Assembly (NCBI GenBank): GCA_964405655.1
Contig: CAYOOO010000003.1
Span: 11,758-75,757 of the forward strand
Direction: 5' to 3'
Source of the DNA: an uncultured Gammaproteobacteria bacterium
GTDB taxonomy: Bacteria; Patescibacteriota; Microgenomatia; Daviesbacterales; UBA10151
DNA: 64,000 nt
Shown here piece after piece: positions 8,874-19,281 of this stretch; the stretch's first letter is position 1; each line of letters begins with the position of its first letter. The notes beneath the pieces were generated by a model. The model was not told where the DNA came from, ran no database searches, and was given only the letters and a program-made list of their open reading frames with translations. The translations under genes were made by a program, and so were the position numbers.

Positions 8874-10655
8874 ATGCGTATCATACTAGCTTTCTTAATT
8901 GGCGTGATCGCCTTCTTTTTCTTTGGAGAGCTCATCAATAGAATCTTTAGAAAGCCTCTTCACAGCATTCCAGGTCTACTACTAATAGTCCTGGGCTTTT
9001 TTATTGGGCTTTGGGGAGAAATGTTCTTTACCCCACCGCTCGATATTTTAATGGGAGTATTTTTACTGGGTGCAGGTATTGGTTTGACTTCCCACCACCT
9101 GCTATCACAGCGTTATCTTATCTCAGAAAGGATCGAAAAAGATTTTGTCAGGCGTCACGAGACTCTTTTTGAAAGGACTTTAGAGATTCTACCTGGAACT
9201 TTAACCTGGCTAGCTTTAACTTCGCCACTTTGGCTCTCACTAACCTTACCTTTTGCTGTGGCATATCTTATTATCATTGCTGACATCTATTGGTTGATCT
9301 CAGCCTTAAGAATTGCAGTTCTAATTTTAATCGGATATCACAAAATGGAGTGGGCTAAAAAACAATCTTGGTTTGAAGACCTGAAAAAAGATTTCCCCAA
9401 AGTTTGGGATAACTATTATCATCTCATCATCTTACCTACCTATAAAGAAAGCTTAGAGGTACTGGCCCCAGCTTTTGAGGCAATTGCCTCCTCAAATTAC
9501 GATAAAGGAAAGATCTTTTTAGCAGTTGGTTTTGAGGAGTTTGCTCCAAAGCAGCAAGTTAGTGAGATTAAAAAATATCTGAATAAGTATCAAAAGCACA
9601 TTGGCGGAGTCTTTACTACTGTTCATATAATTCAACCTAATGAGATCAAAGGACCTGGTACTAACAGAAACTGGATCGTTAAAAACGCAGTTTTAGAGTT
9701 TGAACAAAGAGGAATTGATTTTGATAAAGTAATCGTTACCACACTTGATGCTGATTTTGTCATCCACACTCAATTTCTAGCCGGAGCCCTACATAAGTAC
9801 CTTTCAACTGCCAAAGAGGTTCGAGATAAAAGAAGCTATACTGGAGTATTTTTGTATCATAATAACTACTGGCAATCCCCAGCACCTATGAGACTAATTG
9901 CAACCGGCACTGCCCTTTGGCAACTGGCAGAAATGGTCGGATCGGATAAATATATGAACTTTTCCTCTTTATCTATTAATCTAAAATCGCTTATGGATAT
10001 TGGCGGCTGGATACCCAATAAAGTTAACGATGATTCAGGTTTTTACTGGAAAGCTTATTTCCACTTTAAAGGAGATTATAAGGTCATTCCTCACTTTATG
10101 CCTATTAGTGCAGACTCAGTCTTAGATGTCTCTTTATTTAAAACTTTTCAAAACCAATATCTTCAACTTAAACGCTGGGCCTATGGAGTCGAACATATCC
10201 CATTTGTTTTTAAACAATATTTTCAAAGGACTGATATTGACTTTTGGGATAAGACAGATAAGTTACTCTTTGTAATTTGGTCAAACTTAAAGTGGGGTTC
10301 GCTTGCCCTTTTTGTAACGTTTGCTGGCTTTATTATTCCACTGATTAATTCTACTTATAATGAATCCGCTGTTGCCATAAACTTACCAATTATTTCAAGC
10401 TGGATCCTAACAGCCGCTTTTTTGGGCTTATTTGCAACTATTTATGTCCATGAAAAAACTGTTCCCAAGCGACCCAGTAATTGGTCACTTTTTACTAAAT
10501 TTTGGTCTTATATCCAATTTTTACTGGTGCCAATTGTGATTGTAACAATTTCAACATTGCCAGCAATTGATGCACAGACTTCGTTGATGTTTGGTCGATA
10601 TTTAGAATTTCGTACTACCAATAAAGCAAGGTTAACCACAGAAGCGGTCAAATGA
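8874..10655 (+). CDS. Polytopic GT2-family glycosyltransferase
   Basis: LPTYKES, TTLDADF (DxD), NDD and QLKRWAYG (QxxRW); N- and C-terminal TM helices. Confidence 0.88.
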   Translation: MRIILAFLIGVIAFFFFGELINRIFRKPLHSIPGLLLIVLGFFIGLWGEMFFTPPLDILMGVFLLGAGIGLTSHHLLSQRYLISERIEKDFVRRHETLFERTLEILPGTLTWLALTSPLWLSLTLPFAVAYLIIIADIYWLISALRIAVLILIGYHKMEWAKKQSWFEDLKKDFPKVWDNYYHLIILPTYKESLEVLAPAFEAIASSNYDKGKIFLAVGFEEFAPKQQVSEIKKYLNKYQKHIGGVFTTVHIIQPNEIKGPGTNRNWIVKNAVLEFEQRGIDFDKVIVTTLDADFVIHTQFLAGALHKYLSTAKEVRDKRSYTGVFLYHNNYWQSPAPMRLIATGTALWQLAEMVGSDKYMNFSSLSINLKSLMDIGGWIPNKVNDDSGFYWKAYFHFKGDYKVIPHFMPISADSVLDVSLFKTFQNQYLQLKRWAYGVEHIPFVFKQYFQRTDIDFWDKTDKLLFVIWSNLKWGSLALFVTFAGFIIPLINSTYNESAVAINLPIISSWILTAAFLGLFATIYVHEKTVPKRPSNWSLFTKFWSYIQFLLVPIVIVTISTLPAIDAQTSLMFGRYLEFRTTNKARLTTEAVK

Positions 10656-11038
10656 ACAATCAAACTGAAAAAAGAGATTTTGGTCAAAACCTTAAAAACA
10701 TTTACGACCGAACTCATCCTTTAGTTTTTATTTCAGTCACCATCACCTTAATTTCTATTATAATAATGCTTATCATTTGGGCTATTAATCTAAAGAGCTT
10801 GCCTCCTAAGATCCCTCTTTTTTACTCACTCCCCTGGGGCGAACAACAGCTTGTTTCTGCTTTACAGTTTGTTATTCTGCCCGCTATAGTAATATTGATT
10901 GGGCTTATTAATTTGATAATTTCGCTGCTTTTACATCCATCTCAACTGATAGTTAAAATCCTACTTCATATCACCACAGCCATTGTGGCGCTCCTTACAC
11001 TAGTTACTACTTGGAATATTATTTATACTTTTATCTGA
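10652..11038 (+). CDS. Small membrane protein (DUF1648-like)
   Basis: LPPKIPLFYSLPWGE motif, 3 TM helices, ATGA overlap with the GT2 gene. Confidence 0.7.
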   Translation: MNNQTEKRDFGQNLKNIYDRTHPLVFISVTITLISIIIMLIIWAINLKSLPPKIPLFYSLPWGEQQLVSALQFVILPAIVILIGLINLIISLLLHPSQLIVKILLHITTAIVALLTLVTTWNIIYTFI

Positions 11039-11069
11039 GATTACTCAGCTTAAACTTAAATTTGGGCTA

Positions 11070-12158
11070 ATGGATAAAGTTATATTGCCTTTTTTAATAA
11101 GTCTTTTAATTACTATTGTCTCCACCCCGCTGGCGATTATCTTTGCTAAAAAATATAAACTGGTTGATAACCCAAGAGTCAGACCTCATCCTGCTCATGT
11201 CCAAAAAAGGATAATACCAAGAGCTGGTGGACTACCTATATACATAGGCTTGATAATATCTATCTTGCTTTTTATCCCAATGGATAAACATATCCTAGGA
11301 ATCATCTTAGCAGCTACATTACTTTTAGTTATCGGCTTAATTGATGATGTACTAAAAAATTTTAGCCCTTATCCGCGTCTACTGATGCAAATTATTGCTG
11401 CTGGTATAATAGTCATCTCAGGAACTGGCATTACCTTTGTAACTAACCCGTTTGGAGGAATCCTCAGATTAGATCAGTTTGTTTTTCCAGTTGAATTTTT
11501 TGGGACCCATAACATAATACTACTTGCAGATTTGCTGGCATTTATTTGGATCGTCTGGATGATGAACATGATCAACTGGTCAAAAGGAGTTGATGGGCAA
11601 ATGGCTGGTATCGTTGCTGTCGCAGCTTTGACTATTGGCTTTTTATCCATTAAGCTTTTTAATCAAGGTGATCCTAATCAACTAGCGATTGCTCTTTTGG
11701 CTTTTATCACCTCAGGTGTCTCCTTGGGTTTTCTAATCTTTAATTGGTTCCCTTCAAAGATTATGCCAGCCTTTTCAGGTTCAAGTATCTTAGGTTTGAT
11801 GATTGCTGTTTTATCAATCTTATCTGGGGCAAAACTGGCAACTGCCCTGCTGGTGATGCTTATACCCTCGGTCGACTTTCTCTATACATTTTTTAGACGG
11901 ATTGCTTCAGGTAAATCCCCCTTCCTAGGTGATCAACAACATCTTCATCATCTGCTTCTTAAAGCTGGTTGGTCTCACCAGAGAATTTCCTTGTTTTACA
12001 TATCTTCCTGTGCTATTCTGGGTTTGCTTGCAACCAGCCTATCAACTGAGGGTAAATTATTTATCGCTCTGGCAGTTGGAGTAATTATATTAGGAACTAT
12101 TTTATGGTTAAATTCCTTTGGGCACTCATTCGAGCAGTCAGACCAAGACAATGGATAA
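11070..12158 (+). CDS. MraY/WecA-like polyprenyl-phosphate HexNAc-1-phosphate transferase
   Basis: PRAGG, GLIDD, NMINWSKGVDG, FNWFPSKI and DQQHLHH motifs; polytopic. Confidence 0.9.
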   Translation: MDKVILPFLISLLITIVSTPLAIIFAKKYKLVDNPRVRPHPAHVQKRIIPRAGGLPIYIGLIISILLFIPMDKHILGIILAATLLLVIGLIDDVLKNFSPYPRLLMQIIAAGIIVISGTGITFVTNPFGGILRLDQFVFPVEFFGTHNIILLADLLAFIWIVWMMNMINWSKGVDGQMAGIVAVAALTIGFLSIKLFNQGDPNQLAIALLAFITSGVSLGFLIFNWFPSKIMPAFSGSSILGLMIAVLSILSGAKLATALLVMLIPSVDFLYTFFRRIASGKSPFLGDQQHLHHLLLKAGWSHQRISLFYISSCAILGLLATSLSTEGKLFIALAVGVIILGTILWLNSFGHSFEQSDQDNG

Positions 12159-13036
12159 AAAATTTTGCTCTCTTTGCCGGGTTAATCTTCTCGGGACAAC
12201 TGACTAACCCGCTTTCCCAAACACTAGTTTTCAATGCCTTTTTAATCTTTTGCGGAGCAGCGTCCGCTACCTATCTTCTAAACGATATTTTTGATATTGA
12301 AAGAGATCGGTTACATCCATTTAAGAATAAACGCCCGATTGCAGCCGGTCTAATCTCTGTGCCTCAAGCTATTGCCATTGCACTAGGGTTGATACTACTG
12401 ATTCTACCTTTTTCTTACCGACTATCCCCAGCTTTCTTCCTAGCTGTAATGATCTATCTAATATTACAATTGTCTTATTCATTTTACCTAAAGTCAGTTA
12501 TCTTGCTTGACGTTATGGCAATCGCTGCTGGGTTTGTCTTAAGAATCTATGCTGGGGTTTGGGTAATCGATGCTCACTTAAATGTTTGGTTTTTATTAAC
12601 AGTTATCTCATTTGCTCTCTTCTTGGCTATTGGAAAAAGAAGGTCAGAGTTAACTTTGCTTCAAGCCCAAGCTTCAAAACACAGAGAAACTTTACTTCAT
12701 TACCCTGAAAATCTTTTAGACATTTTGACTAGTATGTTCGCCAACTCAACCTGGCTCTCCTATGCTTTTTTTGCTTTTCTTCAACCACCAATCTCAGCTA
12801 GAAGCAGCTTTACAGATCTTTTAGATAGCTTCTCTCTACCTTTTGCCAAAGCTAAATACTTAATGGCAACTGTCCCCTTAGTAATTTATGGAGTGATGAG
12901 ATACCTTTATATCATTTATGAGAAAAAAGAGGGTGAGTCACCTGAGCGGGTTTTACTAACTGATAAGCCTCTACTACTAACTGTCATACTTTGGCTATTA
13001 ATGGTTGTTGGAATAATCTATTACTTAGGCGCTTAA
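12104..13036 (+). CDS. UbiA-family decaprenyl-phosphate phosphoribosyltransferase-like protein
   Basis: RPRQWIKN, YLLNDIFDIERDRLHP.KNKRPIAAG, GFVLR, KRRSEL and ESPE motifs. Confidence 0.88.
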   Translation: MVKFLWALIRAVRPRQWIKNFALFAGLIFSGQLTNPLSQTLVFNAFLIFCGAASATYLLNDIFDIERDRLHPFKNKRPIAAGLISVPQAIAIALGLILLILPFSYRLSPAFFLAVMIYLILQLSYSFYLKSVILLDVMAIAAGFVLRIYAGVWVIDAHLNVWFLLTVISFALFLAIGKRRSELTLLQAQASKHRETLLHYPENLLDILTSMFANSTWLSYAFFAFLQPPISARSSFTDLLDSFSLPFAKAKYLMATVPLVIYGVMRYLYIIYEKKEGESPERVLLTDKPLLLTVILWLLMVVGIIYYLGA

Positions 13037-13053
13037 GTGAAAATAATATTATT

Positions 13054-13072
13054 ACCCACACCCGGTGTGGGT
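13054..13072. terminator. Palindrome between convergent genes
   Basis: ACCCACACC-C-GGTGTGGGT; shares the CCGGTGTG core with 2282-2300. Confidence 0.6.
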
Positions 13073-13083
13073 TAGCTAGACAC

Positions 13084-13908
13084 CTAGGGATTTTTCTTCT
13101 CGGTATAAACGCTAGAAACGTAACCTTCTTTGCCATCAGATAATCTAACCCTGTTCCAATTTGGAATCTCCTCAAGCAAAGTTAAAGTCTCCCCGCTGTT
13201 AACACGAGCTATCTCTTGAGCATTAGTTGAAGGAGAGCTGCGGACTCTTAGGAACCCAGTTGGGGTAGACTTAACTATCACCTGCGCAGTTTGTGAGATG
13301 GGGATAGTTGGGTTTTTGCTCAAATCTGGCTCTGAAATTGCCAGATCAACATTTAAAGTTAAATTAAAACCGTCAATCACTGTTGCTCTGATACTTCTTT
13401 TTAAGTAACCATCTTTTGAAATAATAAATTGATGCTCAGCAGAGGGTAAATCTTTTATTGACAGCGGTGTTCGGCCATAAGATTTACCATTGGCTGTAAC
13501 TTCTGCAGCTGATGGCTGGGAGACCACTGTGACTGCAGCCCCTTTACTGAGGGTAATTACTTCTCCAGAAGAAGCAGCTTTGGTTGAGGCCAGTTCTCTA
13601 TTGACTACAGTCAAAGTGCCATTATTCAAATCGACATATCCTTGCCAAAAAGCTTTAGCTGAAGAGGTAGCCTCAGTGGTTGGTTCAACTTTAACTAAAT
13701 ACTCACCTTGAGTTAAATCCTCATTTAAGTAAGGAGTAGTCCCTACTTCTTTATTATTTAGGTAAACTTTAGCTTTATCATTAACAGTTACCCTAACACC
13801 CGCTCTGGTCTTTATACCTAAAGTTTTGATTAGTGGCTCATAACCAAACCTTAGAAGTAGGGCAATTATACTTAAAAAAGCTAATAAACCAAGCAGAGCT
13901 TTCTTCAT
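13084..13908 (-). CDS. PEGA-domain protein with C-terminal bacterial SH3 domain
   Basis: N-terminal TM; VGTTP and GRTP PEGA repeats; FLRVRSSPS...WNRVRL..GKEGYVSS SH3b. Confidence 0.88.
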   Translation of the reverse strand: MKKALLGLLAFLSIIALLLRFGYEPLIKTLGIKTRAGVRVTVNDKAKVYLNNKEVGTTPYLNEDLTQGEYLVKVEPTTEATSSAKAFWQGYVDLNNGTLTVVNRELASTKAASSGEVITLSKGAAVTVVSQPSAAEVTANGKSYGRTPLSIKDLPSAEHQFIISKDGYLKRSIRATVIDGFNLTLNVDLAISEPDLSKNPTIPISQTAQVIVKSTPTGFLRVRSSPSTNAQEIARVNSGETLTLLEEIPNWNRVRLSDGKEGYVSSVYTEKKNP

Positions 13909-14055
13909 GGGTACTATATTATATTACGCCCATAAGGGGTCCAGGCAAGGTTTAAGTTCTCTTCAGATCAAGACTGAAGAAGGTTCAAAAAACCCCTCCC
14001 AAATTTGAATCAGCCTACCCTTTAATTTGACTGGGGCCAAACTTTCTGTTAGAAT

Positions 14056-14802
14056 ATGCATTTGTCCTGCCTTAATGGCAGGATTTTAATGTTAAAAGGA
14101 CAGCTATCACTGTTCCTGCTTGCATTGATTATAAATTCGTTGCAGGCGGGTCTGCCCAAAATTCATTTTCCCAAAAAAATCATTTCAAAAAAGCTTATCC
14201 ACAGTAAGTTTTTTTTAAAAATGAAGCTTTCTTCTAAAATCGCTTTGGGGGTTATTTGTTTACTCTTTTTTCTAGATTATCAACCAGTTTTAGGTATTCC
14301 ACCTATTAGAAAAGCAGTGGTCAGAGCCCAAGCCGAGCAATCGCAAACTATTAATCCTCAGGAAAATCCAATTGTTTTCCAGCTACCCCACCCAGGTTAT
14401 CTAAGCACTCCATTCTCTTCTTATCATCCTGGTATTGATATGGCGACTGGTTTAGGTATGCCAATTAAGCCAATTGCCAAAGGAGAGGTTATTGAAGAAG
14501 GTTATAATTTTTGGGGGTTAGGATTAATGGTGGTTATTAAGCACGACCAAGGCTACATCTCAACTTATGGACATCTTGGCAAAATATATGTCAAGAAAGG
14601 TCAGGTTGTTGATGTTAGCAATTATATCGGCGAGGTTGGCTTAACCGGACATACATCAGGACCCCATACTCATTTAGAGATAACCAAAGATAGCAAAAAG
14701 GTTGATCCAGTGGCGCTGCTACCTAAAATCCGGGAAATACCTACAGAGGCTGATTTTATACCAGTAACTGCCAAAGGCGGTCCAATCTCTATTAGTCAGT
14801 AA
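14056..14802 (+). CDS. M23 family metallopeptidase (start uncertain)
   Basis: HPGID, YGHL and TGHTSGPHTHLE motifs. Confidence 0.9.
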   Translation: MHLSCLNGRILMLKGQLSLFLLALIINSLQAGLPKIHFPKKIISKKLIHSKFFLKMKLSSKIALGVICLLFFLDYQPVLGIPPIRKAVVRAQAEQSQTINPQENPIVFQLPHPGYLSTPFSSYHPGIDMATGLGMPIKPIAKGEVIEEGYNFWGLGLMVVIKHDQGYISTYGHLGKIYVKKGQVVDVSNYIGEVGLTGHTSGPHTHLEITKDSKKVDPVALLPKIREIPTEADFIPVTAKGGPISISQ

Positions 14803-14805
14803 AGT

Positions 14806-16446
14806 TTATCCAGCGTTTCTATTGATCCTCAGTCTAAATAATAAACCTGGAGGATTGAGGGTGTTTTCAGCAGTTAGAGGAACTTCCAGTTGTTCAGAAA
14901 TAACCTTTGCCATATAGCCCTCCAAACCACTTCCTAACCTTAAGTTACTCCTATTAGATAAGTCTCCGTAATATTCCGTAAAGATCTGTTGAATACCATC
15001 AGCCGGCAGGGGGGTGCAGTTAGCTGAAATCGTTATATCAACAGTTTGCGGATTTACCTTAGCTAAACTAAGTTCAGCTACTGAGTCATTTTTTTCAGAA
15101 GATAGTAGAATAGCTAAATCTACTAACTTGGAGATTAGGATACTAAACCAGCGGATATCTACTGCAGCAGAAAAGGCTGAATTTTGATCTAACTCCTTTT
15201 TAGTGTGCTCTGTCAAAGGCATCTTTAAAGTTTCAATCTCAAAAACCTCTTCTTTAGGAAGGGTTAATTTTAACCTGACGCCAATGCTTTTCGCTAAAGA
15301 TTGCTTTAAATTAATTATCTGCTGACAAATATAGGCAGTATCAGTCATAGTTTTTACTTCTTTAATTGGATGATCTTCAAGTTCAAAGGAGGTAAATAGG
15401 TCTTGTTCAGTTTTGGTTAAAAATTCCAACTCAGTTTGAAGCAAAGGCAAATTTAAGGAAGATAATTCTTTTTTAATATTGTCTGTCATGGCAGTATGCC
15501 TCATTAAAACTTGCTCAAGCTTGCTGTGTTGCTGCTCTTCGACAATTGCTTGATCAGGACTAATCACAAAAATTAGATGGGTAACTATCCCTTGCTCGTC
15601 TGCAATTGGTCTAATTTGAATACTAACCTTAGAAGCTTTAGCACCCGGTCTTAGTTGAACATAATAACCCTTAATAATCCGGCTAGTTTTTTCGATCAAA
15701 ACCCGGTCGATTGAAAGTGAGCTGATGCTGACTGGTAAAGTGCTCTCATCCTGAATATGAATTACTTCAAGCAAGTTTTTGCCGACAATTTCGCTACTAA
15801 GTACGTCTAAGGATCTTTCGACTGCTTCCCCAACTGATACAACTTTTAAATTTTGATCAGTCACCAGCACAAACTCACTAACTCCTCTTAAGAGTGACTG
15901 TTGTTGTAGCTTACTAATCCGCATCTCCTGGCTAATTATCTTTAAAAGCTTGTCTTTAAGATGATAGTAACGAGATAGGTAGATGACCAAAGGTATGATC
16001 ACAACCAAAGATGAAACGTAGAGCAGAACCGGACCAGGATCCAGTAGCAGCATACTTTTAACAGCTGGGTTAAACCAGGTATATACTCCAACTGTTATTA
16101 AAGCAGAAATTAGAAAGGTTAAGGCGGGTAACCTGCTTAGTAAAAAACTTGCACCTAAGGTAAAAAGGTGAATCAGTATAAAAAATGGACTGTAAAAACC
16201 ACCTGATGAAAGAATTAAAAACTGAACAAACAAACTGGAGATGAATAAAAAACCTGCCCGATAAAAACCTGAGGAGATAATACTAACTTTTTTAAAAACA
16301 AACTTGTTTAAGAAAAAAAGTAGAATTAAAAGAAGGACAATTACTGCTTGCTGAATAGCAGTTACTGGCAAACGGTAATAGACAATACCACCTGCTAGCA
16401 GTGCAGCTAAAAGAAAAGTTGCTGCATCCTTTAAGGAAGAGACCAT
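14806..16446 (-). CDS. Membrane PAS-domain protein with degenerate histidine-kinase-like C-terminus
   Basis: About 6 TM helices, PAS-like EFVLVTD...EIVGK, QIFTEYY and GSGLEG (F- and G2-box-like); no clear H or N box. Confidence 0.65.
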   Translation of the reverse strand: MVSSLKDAATFLLAALLAGGIVYYRLPVTAIQQAVIVLLLILLFFLNKFVFKKVSIISSGFYRAGFLFISSLFVQFLILSSGGFYSPFFILIHLFTLGASFLLSRLPALTFLISALITVGVYTWFNPAVKSMLLLDPGPVLLYVSSLVVIIPLVIYLSRYYHLKDKLLKIISQEMRISKLQQQSLLRGVSEFVLVTDQNLKVVSVGEAVERSLDVLSSEIVGKNLLEVIHIQDESTLPVSISSLSIDRVLIEKTSRIIKGYYVQLRPGAKASKVSIQIRPIADEQGIVTHLIFVISPDQAIVEEQQHSKLEQVLMRHTAMTDNIKKELSSLNLPLLQTELEFLTKTEQDLFTSFELEDHPIKEVKTMTDTAYICQQIINLKQSLAKSIGVRLKLTLPKEEVFEIETLKMPLTEHTKKELDQNSAFSAAVDIRWFSILISKLVDLAILLSSEKNDSVAELSLAKVNPQTVDITISANCTPLPADGIQQIFTEYYGDLSNRSNLRLGSGLEGYMAKVISEQLEVPLTAENTLNPPGLLFRLRINRNAG

Positions 16447-16450
16447 ACCT

Positions 16451-17047
16451 TCATTCTACTAACTCTCCCTCTACTGCTACAACTGGTCCGGTTCCCCTTC
16501 CTTGATGCTCTCTTTCTCTATTGATCAGTCTTTCTAAAACATTTTTAAATTCAATTGGGCTTTCTACATATTTTAAAATTATCTCATCCTTATCTGACCC
16601 AGCAGTATGAACTTTAATCATACCATGATGTAAAAATAACCTATCATAAAGGGATTGGTCCATTTCGATATGAGTAATCTTATCGTATAAAGCAGAGGTT
16701 AGTTTAACTGCTAGAATACCTTTTTTGAGAATAACTCTTCTTGTTGTCAATAAATACCTGTTAGCATGATAGGTCCATAGAGTTTTCAGATAAGAGAAAA
16801 CGATGGCAATTAGTAAACCAATTAACAATCCATATCCTAAAGCTATAGCTTTTGTGAAATAGGCGTAGGCAAATCCACCTAATATGAAAATCATTCCTGG
16901 CCAAAAAATTTGGAGAATAAAGTGTTGTCTTAAATAAGTTTTGCCAAAGCCAGTTGCGATCACTAACTCCTCATCCTCAGATAAAAAATGAGCAAATGAT
17001 TTCTTATCTTTTAAAGACGCACCCTCAGAGTACTTAGACTTACCCAT
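16451..17047 (-). CDS. Membrane protein with bacterial PH (bPH_2) domain
   Basis: Two TM helices, then YLLTTRRVI..KG...YDKI....DQS..DRLF..G.I.VHTAG. Confidence 0.82.
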   Translation of the reverse strand: MGKSKYSEGASLKDKKSFAHFLSEDEELVIATGFGKTYLRQHFILQIFWPGMIFILGGFAYAYFTKAIALGYGLLIGLLIAIVFSYLKTLWTYHANRYLLTTRRVILKKGILAVKLTSALYDKITHIEMDQSLYDRLFLHHGMIKVHTAGSDKDEIILKYVESPIEFKNVLERLINREREHQGRGTGPVVAVEGELVE

Positions 17048-17102
17048 ACCTAAATCATACTACAAGTATTAGGTGGAGACTTAAATGAGGTTTAATCGAT
17101 AA

Positions 17103-17172
17103 AGCTTATGTTGGACGATTCGGCAGTACAAAGTTTTTTAACAAAGTTAGCTTGTCCGAATCTGTCCAAATA
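17103..17172 (-). repeat. ~70-bp element, left copy of the inverted pair flanking groESL
   Basis: Its reverse complement (TATTTGGACAGATTCGGACAAGCTAACTTTGTTA...TGCCGAATCGTCCAACATAAGCT) aligns with 19322-19392. Confidence 0.75.
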
Positions 17173-17173
17173 A

Positions 17174-18823
17174 CTAATATTCGCCCATGCCGCCTGGCAT
17201 ACCCGCTGGCATAGCTGGAGTCTGTTCTTTCTCAGGAGCATCAGTTACTAAAACATGGGTAGTCATGACCATAATCGCAACAGATGCAGCATTTTGAAGT
17301 GCGCTTCTTGTGACTTTAACTGGATCGATAATTCCTCTTTGAACCAAATCCCCAAACTCATCTTTCAAGACATCGTAACCAAAGTTAAAATCTTTTCTAC
17401 CTGAAGCCTCAAATTTATCAGTAATTGTTCTAACTACCCAGCCATCATCAACTCCAGCGTTTTGAACTAGCCTTCTTAAGGGTGCTTCGCAGGCTTTAAG
17501 AACAATATGGACACCTATCTGTTCCTCACCGTCAAGTTTCATCTTGTCTAAAGATAACCTAGCAGCCTTAAGCAGTGTCACCTCTCCACCCGGTACAATT
17601 CCTTCAGCAATAGCAGATTTAGTTGCTTCAACTGCATCTGTTACCCGCTCCTTTTTCTCCTTCATCTCAACCTCAGTTGCAGCTCCAACATTGATAACTG
17701 CTACACCACCTGTCAGTTTGGCTAGTCTTTCCTGTAACTTTTCCCTGTCAAAATCAGAGTCTGAGGCTTCTATCTCTCTCCTAATTTGAGCGATCCTAGC
17801 TTGAATCTTGCCCTTCTCACCCTTACCATCAACTATTAATGTGGCATCTTTAGTTGAGATAACCCGACCTGCTCTGCCTAAATCATCTACTTCAACTGAC
17901 TCAAGCTTTCTACCAGTATCTTCAGAGATAACAGTTCCACCAGTGAGTATGGCGATGTCGTGTAGCATCTCTTTTCTTCGATCACCAAAACCTGGCGCGC
18001 CAACTGCCAATACATTAAAGGAGCCTCTTAATTTATTGACAACTAAAGTAGCCAACGCCTCTCCTTCCACCTCTTCAGCAATAATCACCAAAGTTTTGGA
18101 GACTTGGACAAATTTTTCTAAGAAAGGTAGTAAATCCTGCATTGAAGAAATCTTTTTATCAGTAATTAAAATAAATGGATCTTCCAAATTTGCCTCCATC
18201 TTATCTGTATCTGTTACAAAATAGGGTGAGGCAAATCCTTTATCAAACTCCATCCCTTCTTTATAATCCACACTCATATCCAGTGTCTTACCCTCTTCAA
18301 CTGTGACTACTCCATCCTTACCAACTTTCGCCAAAGCCTCAGAAATAATTTTGCCAATTTCCTCATCCTGGGCAGAGATAGTTGCTACCTGAACTGTTTC
18401 CTCAGGAGTGGTTAATTTTTTGCTCATATTTTTTAGCTGTTCAACAAGTGTGTTGATAGCTTTTTCAATACCTCGTCTTAGAATCATTGGATTTGAACCT
18501 GCCTGGATGTTTTTAAGCCCCTCAGAAACTATGGCTTGGGCCAAGATTGTAGCCGTTGTCGTCCCATCTCCAGCTACATCATTAGTTTTAGAGGCAGCCT
18601 CTTTTATAAGCTGTGCTCCCATATTTTCAAACGGATCTTCTAAATCAATCTCTTTAGCAACAGTCACCCCATCATGCACAACCTGCGGAGCACCCCATTT
18701 TTTATCAATTGCCACGTTTCTACCTTTAGGCCCCAAAGTTGAAGCCACTGCATCAGTTAGGATATTTATACCCTTAAGTAGTTTTTCCCTGGCTTCACCA
18801 TCAAATTTTATAATTTTTGGCAT
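17174..18823 (-). CDS. groEL: Chaperonin GroEL
   Basis: [18 protein letters not shown] and GGM tail. Confidence 0.99.
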   Translation of the reverse strand: MPKIIKFDGEAREKLLKGINILTDAVASTLGPKGRNVAIDKKWGAPQVVHDGVTVAKEIDLEDPFENMGAQLIKEAASKTNDVAGDGTTTATILAQAIVSEGLKNIQAGSNPMILRRGIEKAINTLVEQLKNMSKKLTTPEETVQVATISAQDEEIGKIISEALAKVGKDGVVTVEEGKTLDMSVDYKEGMEFDKGFASPYFVTDTDKMEANLEDPFILITDKKISSMQDLLPFLEKFVQVSKTLVIIAEEVEGEALATLVVNKLRGSFNVLAVGAPGFGDRRKEMLHDIAILTGGTVISEDTGRKLESVEVDDLGRAGRVISTKDATLIVDGKGEKGKIQARIAQIRREIEASDSDFDREKLQERLAKLTGGVAVINVGAATEVEMKEKKERVTDAVEATKSAIAEGIVPGGEVTLLKAARLSLDKMKLDGEEQIGVHIVLKACEAPLRRLVQNAGVDDGWVVRTITDKFEASGRKDFNFGYDVLKDEFGDLVQRGIIDPVKVTRSALQNAASVAIMVMTTHVLVTDAPEKEQTPAMPAGMPGGMGEY

Positions 18824-18903
18824 ACCTTTATTTTATAAATCCTTTCTGATAAAAATTACGATGATTTCTAATCATGCATATTTTTCCTGCCATATTTTAT
18901 TAG

Positions 18904-19233
18904 TTATTCTAAAATTGCCATTAAATCATCAAACTTAACAAGTTTGTATTCAATACCACCAAGTTTTATTTCATCTCCGCCCCATTTTTTAAAGATGACT
19001 TTATCCCCAACTTTGACCGGACAAACCATCACCTTGCCGTTCTCCAGGATTAAATCATCACCAACTGCTAAAACTTTTCCCTGAGCTGGTTTTTCCTGGA
19101 CACTCTCTGGTAAATATATCCCGGAAGAGGTGGCAGTGTCTGCCTGATCTGGTTCAATTAAGACATAACCCATTAAAGGCTTTAGATTTAAAGAGGAGCT
19201 GCTACTAGTTTTATTAACTTTTGTCTTTGCCAT
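18904..19233 (-). CDS. groES: Co-chaperonin GroES
   Basis: LKPL, SGIYLP, EKP.QGKVLAVG and VKVGDKV motifs. Confidence 0.97.
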   Translation of the reverse strand: MAKTKVNKTSSSSSLNLKPLMGYVLIEPDQADTATSSGIYLPESVQEKPAQGKVLAVGDDLILENGKVMVCPVKVGDKVIFKKWGGDEIKLGGIEYKLVKFDDLMAILE

Positions 19234-19281
19234 ATTAAACTTTTATTAAATTTGAGAGGTCTGAAGGCAGAATCGTAAAGT

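Noticed and set aside
14195-14203. Isolated perfect DnaA box TTATCCACA (another at ~31158)
   Set aside because: Single intragenic copies are expected by chance; the clustered boxes at 50949-50991 mark the origin.
17544-18938. Three long + strand ORFs over groEL
   Set aside because: Antisense shadows of a highly conserved gene, with no recognisable motifs.
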